A stretch of 64,000 nt of DNA from Bacillota bacterium (GCA_023393095.1 JAEWMT010000101.1:6583-70582); one strand, 5' to 3'. Shown: positions 9,798 through 20,808, counted from the first letter of the stretch. The notes: generated by a model from the letters alone, not told the origin. Numbers and translations are program-made.

Positions 9798-11123
9798 TTA
9801 TCCCTGTTCCCCTTTCATTTTCTTAAAATACTCCTTGATTTGTTTTTCATAGCCGTTATCCGAGGGAACATAAAATACCCTATCTTTTAACTCATCGGGT
9901 AGATATTGTTGTTTAACATAATGATTTTCAAAGTCATGTGCATATTGATACCCAAGTCCATGCCCTAGCTTTGAAGCCCCCTTATAATGAGCATCCTTTA
10001 AATATGCCGGTATGGGGGCTGTTTTCTCATTTTCAACAACCTTCGTCGCCTCGTCGATTGCACAGATAGCAGAATTACTCTTTGGCGCACAAGCAACATA
10101 TGCTGCTGCCTGAGCTAATACGATGCGTGCCTCCGGCATACCGAGCCGTTCCACTGCAAGTGCTGCACTCGTTGCTACCACAAGAGCATTTGGATCAGCA
10201 TTTGATACATCCTCTGCTGCACATATCATGATTCTTCTTGCAATAAATGCAACCTCTTCCCCTGCATATAGCATGCGTGCCAGATAATAGACTGCCGCAT
10301 CCGGATCCGATCCCCTCATACTTTTTATGAAGGCTGATATGGTATCATAATGGTTGTCCCCACCCTTGTCATATTTCAACACACGTTTCTGAATGCACTC
10401 TGAAGCCACGGACAAAGTGATATGAATTAGTCCATCCTCACTTCTTGCCGTAGTAAGAACTCCAATTTCGATTGCATTCAGCGCGGCTCTTGCATCTCCG
10501 TTCGCCATATCTGCGAGGAACTCCAAAGCCTCCTCATCAATCGAGGCCTGATATGCCCCGAGTCCTTTTTCACTATCATAAACCGCTCTTTTTATCAGCG
10601 TTTTAATATCTTCTTTCTCAAGAGGCTTTAATTCAAAGATTATTGAACGCGATATTAATGCTGTATTCACTTCAAAATATGGATTTTCCGTTGTTGCACC
10701 AATTAATATTACGGTTCCATCCTCAACAGATGGAAGAAGATAATCCTGCTGCCCTTTATTAAATCGATGTATTTCATCGATAAATAGGATTGTTTTCTTT
10801 CCATACATGCCCAGATTGTCTTTTGCTTGTTCTACCACTGCCTCCAGATCCTTCTTCCCAGCAGAGGTCGCATTTACCTGGGTGAATTCGGAGCTGGTCG
10901 TATTGGCTATTACCTTCGCTAAAGTAGTTTTACCGGTTCCGGGAGGTCCGTAAAATATAATTGAGCTTATTTTGTCTGCTTTAATCGCCCGGTAAAGTAA
11001 TTTATCCTTACCGATGATATGATTCTGCCCCACCACCTCCTCTAAGACTGTGGGACGCAGCCGCGAAGCTAAGGGAGCTTCCTTCTTCATTGTATTACCT
11101 CTCATATAATCAAATAAATCCAT
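9798..11123 (-). CDS. rarA: Replication-associated recombination protein A (AAA+ ATPase)
   Basis: PLASRLRP, GPPGTGKTT, FIDEIHRFNK, YDTISAFIKSMRGSDPDAA. Confidence 0.95.
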   Translation of the reverse strand: MDLFDYMRGNTMKKEAPLASRLRPTVLEEVVGQNHIIGKDKLLYRAIKADKISSIIFYGPPGTGKTTLAKVIANTTSSEFTQVNATSAGKKDLEAVVEQAKDNLGMYGKKTILFIDEIHRFNKGQQDYLLPSVEDGTVILIGATTENPYFEVNTALISRSIIFELKPLEKEDIKTLIKRAVYDSEKGLGAYQASIDEEALEFLADMANGDARAALNAIEIGVLTTARSEDGLIHITLSVASECIQKRVLKYDKGGDNHYDTISAFIKSMRGSDPDAAVYYLARMLYAGEEVAFIARRIMICAAEDVSNADPNALVVATSAALAVERLGMPEARIVLAQAAAYVACAPKSNSAICAIDEATKVVENEKTAPIPAYLKDAHYKGASKLGHGLGYQYAHDFENHYVKQQYLPDELKDRVFYVPSDNGYEKQIKEYFKKMKGEQG

Positions 11124-11267
11124 CATAACCTCCATTCTGTCGAAACACTTCCCTATATGTGCATGTCATCCAATGCATAGAATTCCATCGATTCTTTGAT
11201 GAAAGTATTGAAAAATACTCCAAAATGTGCATAATAATTTATTATGTTTATGAATAAGGAGCTAGCC

Positions 11268-11456
11268 ATGAGTATACCAAAGGATCCATATATACTGTTA
11301 AGCTTTATCAACACAAAATTGCGGGATGAGTATTCTGATCTGGATGAACTCTGCAGCAGTCTTGATATAGACTGTAACTATCTGGTAAATGTACTTTCCT
11401 CTATCGAATATAATTACAAGAAAGATGTAAACCGCTTTATTCCGATGGTTTCATAG
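11268..11456 (+). CDS. DUF4250-like small protein
   Basis: DPYILLSFINTKLRDEY motif; AGGAG RBS before ATG 11268. Confidence 0.8.
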   Translation: MSIPKDPYILLSFINTKLRDEYSDLDELCSSLDIDCNYLVNVLSSIEYNYKKDVNRFIPMVS

Positions 11457-11907
11457 CTTTCCTTCCAATCCAAGCAAAAAGCAGTGTTCCAAATACTGCT
11501 CCTGATGTATCAATCAATACATCTCGAAACATTCCCGACCTTCCGGGAACGAATAGCTGGTGATATTCATCCGTAGCAGCATATATGAATGAGATAATAA
11601 TGGGGAGTACATACAAGCTTTTTCCCTTTCCCTCCCACACTGCAAGATGAAATGCAATTGCAACAGCTAATAACAAATATTCAGAAAAATGAGCTGTTTT
11701 TCTAACAATTAGATTCAAACGGTTCTCTAGCTGAATTCTTTGATTAGTTTGAATCTCGGTATTTGTAACTGTTTGATATATTTGAATCATATCATTTACA
11801 ATTTTAAGACTGCTCTTATTTGAATTGATAGCCGGCTTGGCAGAAAAAGCAAATATCATAACCATTATAATGACTGCCGGAATCCAGGATATATATTTTA
11901 CATTCAT
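11437..11907 (-). CDS. VanZ-like membrane protein
   Basis: VRKTAHFSEY and DEYHQLFVPGRSG...DVLID motifs. Confidence 0.9.
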   Translation of the reverse strand: MNVKYISWIPAVIIMVMIFAFSAKPAINSNKSSLKIVNDMIQIYQTVTNTEIQTNQRIQLENRLNLIVRKTAHFSEYLLLAVAIAFHLAVWEGKGKSLYVLPIIISFIYAATDEYHQLFVPGRSGMFRDVLIDTSGAVFGTLLFAWIGRKAMKPSE

Positions 11908-12208
11908 GATAATCTCCATTCTTGTCACATCCTGCAAATTATGAGCTACCAGCACAAAATTTGCCGAGTAAAAATTTAGTTTTCACACTTACCACTGAGG
12001 CATCCTACTATTACAAAGTGAATTATTTTATTTCACTTTACTATAGCTACTCTCGTGCTGCCAAAGCAATTAATAGTATGTATAGCTTTATCCTTACTAA
12101 TTTTACTCATTTTATGATACCATAAATAATAATAGAATATCAACTATTGCATGATTCAGATAATGCAGCTGCTTTATAATATATGACCAAAAAGGGAGTG
12201 TTACCGAA

Positions 12209-12859
12209 ATGATAGAGTTCTTTAAAACAATCTATGAAGGTGGTATTGGAGAATTTGAAATGAAAAAATCCAGATTCATTGCAACCGTCTGCCCGGTAAG
12301 TACGGAAGTTTCTGCAATTGAATTTATTGATTCACTTAAGAAAAAATATTGGGATGCAGCTCATAACTGCTCTGCATATATTATCGGCAAAGAGAATCCT
12401 GTGATGAGATGTTCTGATGATGGCGAACCCAGTAAAACAGCTGGAAGACCGATCCTAGATGTTTTACTTGCTCATGAGCTTACGGATCTCGTTGTTGTTG
12501 TCACTAGGTATTTTGGCGGAACCCTTCTAGGAACCGGTGGTCTAGTGAAAGCCTATCAGTCAGCTACAATTGAAGGTCTAAATCGAAGTATTATTATCAC
12601 GAAAGAGCTAGGAATTAGCCTTCAGATTACAACTGATTATAATTTTATTGGAAAGATACAGTATTATATCGCGCAGGAACTGATTACTCAGCTATCCTCC
12701 GAATTTACGGAGAATGTAGTGCTTACCGTTCTGATTCCTCCAAGTAAAAAAGATCAATTTATAAAAAAAATAGCCGAACTGACAAATGGTTCGGCTACTT
12801 TAGAGCTTTCAGGGCAGGTATACTTCACCAAATTGAATGGTGAAGTACACCTCTTTTAA
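12209..12859 (+). CDS. YigZ/IMPACT family protein
   Basis: KKSRF, AAHNCSAY, SDDGEPSKTAG, VTRYFGGTLLGTGGL. Confidence 0.95.
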   Translation: MIEFFKTIYEGGIGEFEMKKSRFIATVCPVSTEVSAIEFIDSLKKKYWDAAHNCSAYIIGKENPVMRCSDDGEPSKTAGRPILDVLLAHELTDLVVVVTRYFGGTLLGTGGLVKAYQSATIEGLNRSIIITKELGISLQITTDYNFIGKIQYYIAQELITQLSSEFTENVVLTVLIPPSKKDQFIKKIAELTNGSATLELSGQVYFTKLNGEVHLF

Positions 12860-12864
12860 CAGTC

Positions 12865-13146
12865 TTAACAGCCCTGAGCTACAAGTTCATCCACAATTTC
12901 GACCATAGAAATTGGTGTGACCTCGAATTGGCAAAGCTTTTTGATGATTGTTACAGCATCCTCCCTAGAAGCAGAAACCCCAGTAATTTCTTCTGTTTCT
13001 ACTAATTCATTCAGAAACTTGGTTATCATAACACCATAATATGGTGTCTGATCAGCCTCTGAAATCCTTTCTGTAAGACAGTAATCCAGTTTCATGACCC
13101 TATCATCTTCCAGCATTACCTCATTACTAAATAGTACCTGTTTCAT
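12865..13146 (-). CDS. Small conserved hypothetical protein (DUF6514-like)
   Basis: YGVMITK...VTPISMVEIVDE; GGGGG RBS before ATG 13146. Confidence 0.65.
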   Translation of the reverse strand: MKQVLFSNEVMLEDDRVMKLDYCLTERISEADQTPYYGVMITKFLNELVETEEITGVSASREDAVTIIKKLCQFEVTPISMVEIVDELVAQGC

Positions 13147-13729
13147 ATTACAACCCCCAATACAATATGTAATAACAGAAAATAACTGACAAATTTCATT
13201 ATACACAGTCAATTCATATATATAAAGTGAAATATAACGCATCATTTTATCGTGTTCGTTATATTTCGACAGAAGTTCACGTATCGTGTAATTGTTTTTG
13301 AGTTTTGGTAAATTAATATGCATTTTCATGGGTATATATGTGATTTATTTGATAATTATTACATTGAATATCGCAAAAAGATTAACTTACCACAATTTGG
13401 ATATGCTTTAATATGAAGAAACTGTCCAATGCTGTTGTAAAAGTGCATTCAGCTTGATTATTTTTCTAGAAATATCACCCATTTTACATATAAATATTTA
13501 ACTTTATTTCCTATCAAAAATATGTTAAAATGTACGCGGTAAGCAAAGAACGAAGATTATAAACTATCCCATATATTTATGCTTTAAGAAGCATTGTAAT
13601 CTTTATCTCTCCGTCTCGCGATAACAAGAGAAGCTCGATTGTAGCGAGAATGATAGATGAATAATGAAGCTTTGCTATTGGATTATGTAGTATATCTCTT
13701 TCGCTATGTATTTGTAACTGGAGGTAATC

Positions 13730-16432
13730 ATGGATTACAGTAAAAAGGGAATCGAAAATAAACAGAATATTATAAAGTCTAATTCAAAACGAGTGATATC
13801 AAAGCTTAGAATTACTATATTTCGTCTCTGTATTTTATGCTTTGTTTCTCTTATTATTGTCGGATCATTTGCTGGTATTGGTTTAATCAAAGGACTGATT
13901 GACAGTGCTCCGGATATTAAGCAAATCAATGTAGTTCCGCAAGGCTTTACAACTACCGTATATGATAAAGAAGGTAATGTAATAGAAAATCTGAAAGAAG
14001 CCAATTCCAACCGTACCTTTGTTGAACTGAAGGCTCTTCCCAATTATGTAAAATACGCATTTGTCAGTATAGAGGACGAGCGATTTTACGAACATAATGG
14101 TATTGATATCCGAGGAATCTTAAGAGCAGCTGTCCACGGCATTACATCGTTTAATTTTGATGAAGGTGCTAGTACCATTACTCAGCAGCTTCTGAAAAAT
14201 CAGGTGTTTGACGGTGGTAGTGAACCAACTCTGATCGAACGTGTTGAACGAAAGATACAGGAACAATATCTCGCAGTTCAATTGGAAAACATATTGGATA
14301 AGGATACTATACTGGAATACTATATCAATACAATTAATCTGGGGTCAGGTACTTTGGGCATACAGACAGCAGCAAAGCGGTATTTTGATAAAGATGCCAA
14401 GGATTTGACTTTATCAGAAGCAGCAACAATTGCAGCAATTACACAGCGGCCTGTTTATCTGAATCCCATTAAATATCCTGAGAATAATAAGGAACGCCGC
14501 GATGAAATCCTGCAAAAAATGCTGCAGCAGAATCATTGCAGCCAAGAAGAATATGACGATGCTATGGCGGATGACGTTTATACCAGAATCAAGTCTATTG
14601 ATGAAAAGAAGGTTGATACTTCCGTTTATAGCTATTTTGTAGATGAATTAATTGATCAGGTAATGAATGATCTTCAGAAAAAATGTGGTTATACACAGGC
14701 GCAGGCATCCAACTTAATTTTTAGTGGTGGCTTAAGTATCTATACAACTCAGGATCCAGTTATACAAAAGATATGTAACAATGTATATTCTGATAAAGCA
14801 AACTTCCCTAAGATTGGTATCTCCTATTGGGAATTGACCTACGCACTATCAATACAAAAAGCCGATGGAAGCACCGTACATTATCATCAAAATGATATAT
14901 TGGACTATTATAAAAATTATAACGATCCTAAAAACTTATATGTAGATAAAGACGGCAGCAAATTCTCTTTGTTATTCCTGGATAAGAAGGACATGAATAA
15001 AAAAATTAAAGCCTTCAAAAAATCCAAGGTGAAGGATGGGGACACTGTACTAGCTGAAACTATCGATATGATCATTCAACCCCAGTCATCCTTTGTTGTT
15101 ATGGATCAAGGCAACGGACAGGTGCAGGCTATTATTGGCGGTCGAGGGGAAAAGTCACGTAGTAGAACCTTGAACCGTGTCGATAGACCACGTCAACCGG
15201 GTTCCACCTTTAAAATCCTATCCACCTATTTACCCGCCTTAGATACTTCCGGTTTTACTCTGGCAAGTGTTCAGGATGATGCAGGACCGTATTACTATCC
15301 CGGTACCAAAACTGAGGTTAATAACTGGACCGGCTCAAGAAATTATAAAGGTTTAACCACCTTACGACAAGGTATTTACGATTCGATGAATATTGTAACC
15401 GTAAAAACCATGGTCGATGTTACGCCCCAGTTAGGTTATGATTATCTGTTAAAGCTTGGATTTACTACTCTCATCGATTCACGCAAGGAAAAGAACGGTA
15501 AAGTAGTTTCTGATATAAATCCTCCTCTTGCGCTGGGTGGTCTAACCGTTGGTGTTAGTAATCTCGAATTAACTGCAGCTTATGCATCAATTGCAAATGA
15601 TGGCGTTTATACGCAACCAACTTTTTATACAAAAATACTGGATCGTAACGGCAAGGTATTAATTAATAATAAGCCAAAAAAAGTTCAGGTTATGAAAGAA
15701 TCAACCGCATGGCTGCTCACAAGTGCCATGGAGGATGTTGTTAATAAGGGAACCGGTACAAGCCTGAGATTTACTGATATTAATATGCCTGTTGCGGGTA
15801 AGACAGGTTCTACCTCCAACTACTATGATTTATGGTTTTCCGGATATACTCCTTATTATACTGCCAGCGTCTGGTCCGGTTTCGACAATAATAGGACACA
15901 GGTTGATACATTATTTGCAAAGAGAATATGGAAGAAAATTATGGAACAGATTCATATAAAGAAGAAATTGGATACAAAAACCTTTACTAGGCCGGATTCC
16001 GTAGTACCTGTTTCGATCTGTACAAAATCAGGAAAACTAGCCGTGAAAGGCTTATGTGATAAATATGAAGGCGGTAACTGCATTCGAACTGAGTATTTTG
16101 CTAAAGGCACGGAGCCAACCCAATATTGCGATGTACATGTTAAAGTCAACATATGTACCCAATCAAAAAAACTTGCCACAGACAACTGCCCACTCAGTGA
16201 TATCAAGGAAATTGTACTGTTAAATAAGAAAGAAACCTCCAGAACCGCAGATACCCCATATTTACTTCCCAAGAAACCATGTAATATTCATAAAGGCGGC
16301 ATTCCTAACAGCAATACTTCTCAACCTCAGGACAGCCTCCCTGAAAACGATATACAAAACCCCAATCCAGAGACGAATGACCCAGAAAATAGTGAATTAG
16401 AAGATGCCATTCAAAATCTAATTCATCCATAA
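13730..16432 (+). CDS. Class A penicillin-binding protein (PBP1A)
   Basis: Transglycosylase EDERFYEHNG and GASTITQQL; transpeptidase STFK, SMN, KTG. Confidence 0.95.
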   Translation: MDYSKKGIENKQNIIKSNSKRVISKLRITIFRLCILCFVSLIIVGSFAGIGLIKGLIDSAPDIKQINVVPQGFTTTVYDKEGNVIENLKEANSNRTFVELKALPNYVKYAFVSIEDERFYEHNGIDIRGILRAAVHGITSFNFDEGASTITQQLLKNQVFDGGSEPTLIERVERKIQEQYLAVQLENILDKDTILEYYINTINLGSGTLGIQTAAKRYFDKDAKDLTLSEAATIAAITQRPVYLNPIKYPENNKERRDEILQKMLQQNHCSQEEYDDAMADDVYTRIKSIDEKKVDTSVYSYFVDELIDQVMNDLQKKCGYTQAQASNLIFSGGLSIYTTQDPVIQKICNNVYSDKANFPKIGISYWELTYALSIQKADGSTVHYHQNDILDYYKNYNDPKNLYVDKDGSKFSLLFLDKKDMNKKIKAFKKSKVKDGDTVLAETIDMIIQPQSSFVVMDQGNGQVQAIIGGRGEKSRSRTLNRVDRPRQPGSTFKILSTYLPALDTSGFTLASVQDDAGPYYYPGTKTEVNNWTGSRNYKGLTTLRQGIYDSMNIVTVKTMVDVTPQLGYDYLLKLGFTTLIDSRKEKNGKVVSDINPPLALGGLTVGVSNLELTAAYASIANDGVYTQPTFYTKILDRNGKVLINNKPKKVQVMKESTAWLLTSAMEDVVNKGTGTSLRFTDINMPVAGKTGSTSNYYDLWFSGYTPYYTASVWSGFDNNRTQVDTLFAKRIWKKIMEQIHIKKKLDTKTFTRPDSVVPVSICTKSGKLAVKGLCDKYEGGNCIRTEYFAKGTEPTQYCDVHVKVNICTQSKKLATDNCPLSDIKEIVLLNKKETSRTADTPYLLPKKPCNIHKGGIPNSNTSQPQDSLPENDIQNPNPETNDPENSELEDAIQNLIHP

Positions 16433-16475
16433 AAATTACCATTCTATAAAACAAAAAATATTCTGCTCACATACT

Positions 16476-16518
16476 CCCCAAGCGGGAAGGAAGTATCCTA
16501 CTTCCTTCCCGCTTGGGG
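16476..16518. terminator. Perfect 20-bp hairpin between convergent genes
   Basis: CCCCAAGCGGGAAGGAAGTA-TCC-TACTTCCTTCCCGCTTGGGG; no clear U-tract. Confidence 0.5.
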
Positions 16519-16658
16519 CATAAAAAGCTAATCCTTAACGAAACGCTTTTTATAACATAGTACTCATTTTCTTAAAATAAGAATTTTAATCAAATTATAT
16601 AATCTATAAGCGTCCCCCGCCCAAACTAAGCCCAGGAACCGTACACAACATAAAACAA

Positions 16659-16850
16659 GTCAGGAATATGAGTTATGCACAGAGGGTGCTAGTCAAATGT
16701 TTTCTGTTATGTAAGATATCTGCTGCCTGTTTGTTTGAAACAGAAAGACATGCTTTTTAATGTCTTATCTGTTACAAACAAACAGGCAGTGGATGTCTTG
16801 CATCCTGAAAACATGACTAGCACCCTCTGTGCATATCTCACATTCCTGAC
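16659..16850. repeat. 192-nt rod-like imperfect palindrome (element D)
   Basis: GTCAGGAAT...ATTCCTGAC ends; pairing continues to the centre with G.U wobbles on the + strand. Confidence 0.9.
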
Positions 16851-16884
16851 CTTCACAACGTAAATCCCGGTTCCGTCCCCACAT

Positions 16885-17241
16885 TCACGACTTCATTTTA
16901 GAGTTAAAGAACCAAGAAGCAATATAACTCAGAACCAGCGCTGCCGAAATTCCAACTGCCGAAGCAGTAAAACCGCCCATAAAAATACCGATAAAACCAT
17001 CCTTATCTACCGCTTTCTTAACGCCCTTAAAGAGCAGATTGCCAAAGCCTGTTAAAGGAACGCCTGCACCTGCTCCTGCCCATTTCGCAAACGGTTCATA
17101 TATCCCCAATGCTCCAAGTACAGCACCTAAGCAAACCAGTATTACCATGACTCTTCCGGGTAACAGCTTCGTTTTATCCAGTAATATTTGGACAATAGCG
17201 CATATGGCACCACCGATTAAAAACGCCTTTAAATATTCCAT
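16885..17241 (-). CDS. spoVAE: Stage V sporulation protein AE
   Basis: YLKAFLIGGAICAIVQ, GAGAGVPLTGFG; follows spoVAD. Confidence 0.9.
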   Translation of the reverse strand: MEYLKAFLIGGAICAIVQILLDKTKLLPGRVMVILVCLGAVLGALGIYEPFAKWAGAGAGVPLTGFGNLLFKGVKKAVDKDGFIGIFMGGFTASAVGISAALVLSYIASWFFNSKMKS

Positions 17242-17336
17242 CCTATCTACAGCTTCTACTAATAGAAGCATTCCTCCTTTCGCTTTATTGAAAGCTATGT
17301 CTTATTCACTGATATGTTACAGTTAGGCTAAACAAT

Positions 17337-18392
17337 TTATTCTGCTTCCACAATAACCGCATGTGCGATACCTGGCACTGTCTTTCCTTCATTAAAGCTT
17401 ACTTGGGATAATAATGCTCCTGTTGGAATAAACAATATTCTTTTCCATTCTTTATTCTTAAGCTTCTTTAGGATATAACCGGTAAAGATAATGGCAGAAC
17501 ACCCGCAGCCACTTCCTCCGGCATGGGTATCCTGGCTGTCCTTATCAAAAATCTCAATACCGCAATCCATATGATTCGTGCTAATATCATAATTCTTTTC
17601 TTTCAGCATATCTACAAGAATATTCTTACCGACATATCCCAAGTCTCCCGTGATGATTTTATCATAATAATCGGGTCTTACACCCAGATCTTCAAAATTC
17701 TGTTTTATTGTTTCATAAGCTGCAGGTGCCATAGCCGCACCCATATTCATAGAATCTTTGATACCATAATCAACAATTTTCCCAGTCGTAATGCCTTTAA
17801 TTACAACCGGAGACTTATCCTGTTTTGCTTGACTGCTGTTACGATCGGCAATAATAACCGCCCCGCTTCCCGTAACCGTCCAAGAGGCAGAATAAGGCCT
17901 CTGATTACCATAATCAAGTGGAAATCTGAATTGCTTTTCTGCACCCGCAAAATGGCTTGAGGTCAAAGCTAGAATCTTTTCAGCATACCCTCCGTCTACA
18001 AGAATTGATCCCACCGACATGGCCTCACCCATGGTGGAACATGCCCCATAAATTCCAAAGGTCGGTATCTCAAGTTCTGCAATACCAAAGGAAGTTGCAA
18101 TTAACTGACCCAGCAAATCACCACCAACCAGATATCGGATATCCGAGTTTTTTAGACCTGCTTTCTCAAGGGCTTTTAATGCTGCCTGCTTTATCAGCTC
18201 ACTTTCAGCTTCTTCCCAGCTTTCTTTTCCCAGAAGAGGATCCTGATGGATGACATCAAAATTTGAACCCATCGGCCCTTCCCCTTCTTTTTTGCCGGCT
18301 ATTGAAGAAGCTGCTATGATATACGGAGGATTCTGAAACAAAACACTTTGTTTCCCTACCATTTTTGATTTTGCTGTTACATTTTCCGCCAT
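17337..18392 (-). CDS. spoVAD: Stage V sporulation protein AD
   Basis: GKKEGEGP, GDLLGQ, YGACSTMGE, GGSGCGCS. Confidence 0.95.
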   Translation of the reverse strand: MAENVTAKSKMVGKQSVLFQNPPYIIAASSIAGKKEGEGPMGSNFDVIHQDPLLGKESWEEAESELIKQAALKALEKAGLKNSDIRYLVGGDLLGQLIATSFGIAELEIPTFGIYGACSTMGEAMSVGSILVDGGYAEKILALTSSHFAGAEKQFRFPLDYGNQRPYSASWTVTGSGAVIIADRNSSQAKQDKSPVVIKGITTGKIVDYGIKDSMNMGAAMAPAAYETIKQNFEDLGVRPDYYDKIITGDLGYVGKNILVDMLKEKNYDISTNHMDCGIEIFDKDSQDTHAGGSGCGCSAIIFTGYILKKLKNKEWKRILFIPTGALLSQVSFNEGKTVPGIAHAVIVEAE

Positions 18393-18426
18393 GACTTATA
18401 CTCCTTATTTACCTTTAAATTATCTG

Positions 18427-18930
18427 CTAAACTACATGAAAACATTTTAATAGATAGTAAATCAAACCCAATACCCAGGATGTAAATATACCATACAAGA
18501 TTACAGGTCCGGCAATCGTGAAAATCTTGCATCCGATTCCAAAAACCTGTCCTTCCTTCTTATACTCAATCGCAGGAGCAGCAACTGAATTTGCAAATCC
18601 GGTAATCGGAACCAATGTTCCCGCACCTCCAAATTTCGCAAGCTTTTGATAGATGCCAAAACCAGTTAGCAGTATAGCCAAAAATACCAGGGTTACCGTA
18701 TTATAGAGCTTCGCTGTTTCTCCATCGGCTCCTAGATATTTATAATAATTTATGAAAAATTGCCCAATGGTACATATGATTCCTCCTATAAGAAAAGCTT
18801 TTACTATATTTAGATAAATATTGTTTTTGGGCGTTACTTCTTTAACATATTGATCATATTTTTGATTTCTGGTGGTTTTATCAGGCTCCTTTAAAACATT
18901 TGAAACGGATTCTTTCTTCTGATTACCCAT
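18427..18930 (-). CDS. spoVAC: Stage V sporulation protein AC
   Basis: AFLIGGIICTIGQ, GAGTLVPITGFANS, FTIAGPVI. Confidence 0.95.
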   Translation of the reverse strand: MGNQKKESVSNVLKEPDKTTRNQKYDQYVKEVTPKNNIYLNIVKAFLIGGIICTIGQFFINYYKYLGADGETAKLYNTVTLVFLAILLTGFGIYQKLAKFGGAGTLVPITGFANSVAAPAIEYKKEGQVFGIGCKIFTIAGPVILYGIFTSWVLGLIYYLLKCFHVV

Positions 18931-19001
18931 ATATACCTCCATTATAAAAACCTTATTTCTAAGACATTTTTCTTAATTTAATTATTTCAAGCATTAGCTT
19001 A

Positions 19002-19163
19002 TCAAGCTGCATTTTCGAAATTCAGAATATGATAACCTGCTTTCACCAAAGTTCCGTCATATTTCACGGGCTTCTTGCCAAAATAGCTGACACATAAAAC
19101 AATTGCTACAGCAGCTAAAATAATTAACATAGCAATCCATAAAATTTTCTTTCTGACTGTCAT
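19002..19163 (-). CDS. Small single-TM protein upstream of spoVAC
   Basis: 53 aa from ATG 19163 with GAAAGG RBS; one hydrophobic helix. Confidence 0.55.
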   Translation of the reverse strand: MTVRKKILWIAMLIILAAVAIVLCVSYFGKKPVKYDGTLVKAGYHILNFENAA

Positions 19164-19203
19164 ACCAATACACGCCTTTCTATTTATATAAATCAAAGAT
19201 CAT

Positions 19204-19458
19204 AGAATGTGCTACGCACATTTTCCACACCTCGCGATTACGAAGTAATATACTTTCTTTTTTGCAAGGTGCATATTCCTGTGTAGAGAACTTTCTTATA
19301 TCACAGGATATTATTTCCTATGAAAGAACAAAGAATGTGCGCGCACATTCTCCGCGCCCGAGCGGGTTACGTAGTAACATACTTCCTTACCGCGAGGTGC
19401 GCATCCTGCACGGAGTGCTTTTATTTCATAGGACGCAGTTTCCTATGAAATAAAAAAG
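19204..19458. repeat. Two diverged tandem 128-bp units made of short hairpins (element H)
   Basis: Units start AGAATGTGC at 19204 and 19332; both contain TTAC-GNA-GTAA and end TTTCCTATGAAA. Confidence 0.85.
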
Positions 19459-19483
19459 CATCAGATTATGGTCTGATGCTTTT
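19454..19483 (-). terminator. Intrinsic terminator downstream of sigF
   Basis: AAAAGCATCAGA-TTATGG-TCTGATGCTTTT; T-tracts on both strands. Confidence 0.7.
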
Positions 19484-19561
19484 GCTTAGTGATATTATAT
19501 GGAATACATTTTTTACTATACTGGTAATACTTGGTTTCCTGTTTTATAAAAATCATAAAAA

Positions 19562-20290
19562 TCAGGCACCTAATTTTTCTCTCATGATTTTTAATATTCT
19601 TTTTTCCATCCGCGATACTTGAACCTGTGAAATACCCAGTTCTTTTGCAATATCCGTCTGTGTTCTATCTTTAAAGTATCTAAGCCGGATAATCTCCTGC
19701 TCCTTCTCATTGAGAGAAGCTATGATTTCCCTTAAGGCCAGCCTATCTACTAAATTTTCGCTCTCATCCTTGGTTTCTGCTATTTTATCAATTAAGTATA
19801 TTGGACTTCCATCTCCCTGATAGATCGTCTTATATAATGATTCAACTTCAGCACCGGTTTCCAATGCCATTACAACTTCATCTCTTGCCAGATTTAACTC
19901 GTTTTCTAATTCTTCAATGGTAGGTTCCCTGCCATAGATATTTCCATATCGTTCTCTGACGATTCTGATTTTCATTGCTGTCTCTTTCAAAGACCTGCTT
20001 ACCTTTATCATACCGTCATCCCTTAAAAACCGTTTTATTTCACCTGTAATCATAGGTACCGCATAGGTGGAGAATTTCACCTCATAGCTCGAATCAAATT
20101 TATCAATTGCTTTGATTAAACCGATGCTTCCAATTTGAAATAAATCCTCCATCTCATGCCCCCTATTTGCAAACCTTCTAACAATACTCCATACCAGGCC
20201 CACATTTTCGGAAACAACTAAATCCCTTGCTTCTTTATCGCCTTCCTTCGACAGTTTTATCAACTCAAGCGTATCCACATTCAAGCTCAC
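19562..20290 (-). CDS. sigF: Forespore sigma factor SigF
   Basis: DLFQIGSIGLIKAIDKFD, FSTYAVPMITGEIKRFLRDDG; follows spoIIAB. Confidence 0.95.
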   Translation of the reverse strand: MSLNVDTLELIKLSKEGDKEARDLVVSENVGLVWSIVRRFANRGHEMEDLFQIGSIGLIKAIDKFDSSYEVKFSTYAVPMITGEIKRFLRDDGMIKVSRSLKETAMKIRIVRERYGNIYGREPTIEELENELNLARDEVVMALETGAEVESLYKTIYQGDGSPIYLIDKIAETKDESENLVDRLALREIIASLNEKEQEIIRLRYFKDRTQTDIAKELGISQVQVSRMEKRILKIMREKLGA

Positions 20291-20334
20291 TTCCCTTCTT
20301 TTATGTACCAGTTTTGCTTCCCTTCTATATTGGA

Positions 20335-20808
20335 CTATATCACTTTTTGTGGGCTTTCCTGCTTATTCCATTTTACCTTTTCACATTTCATGATTCTCTT
20401 TTTCATTTTTACCGTGGTGCCTTTCCCAATAGTCGATTCAACCTCCAGCTCATCCATAAATGCTTCCATAAAAGAAAAACCCATTCCGGATCGTTCCAGC
20501 TCCGGCCTTGAAGTATAAAGAGGCTCCATTGCCTTCTCTATATTCAGAATACCGACACCTTCATCAGTAATTTCAACAATTAATTCATTATCACAGATAA
20601 TACAGCGCATTTTAATAACACCTTTCGTATCTGCATATCCGTGGATAATGGCATTCGTAACAGCTTCCGAAACTGCAGTTTTAATGTCTGCCAGCTCCTC
20701 AATTGTTGGATCAAGCTGTGCTGCGAATGCAGCTACTACAGTTCTAGCAAAGCTTTCATTCTGAGATTTGCTTTCAAACTCCATTAACATTTCATTTTTA
20801 TCAATCAT
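20335..20808 (-). CDS. spoIIAB: Anti-sigma F factor
   Basis: [31 protein letters not shown]. Confidence 0.97.
   Translation of the reverse strand: MIDKNEMLMEFESKSQNESFARTVVAAFAAQLDPTIEELADIKTAVSEAVTNAIIHGYADTKGVIKMRCIICDNELIVEITDEGVGILNIEKAMEPLYTSRPELERSGMGFSFMEAFMDELEVESTIGKGTTVKMKKRIMKCEKVKWNKQESPQKVI

Noticed and set aside
19204..19458. CRISPR array
   Set aside because: Two long diverged units without unique spacers; no cas genes
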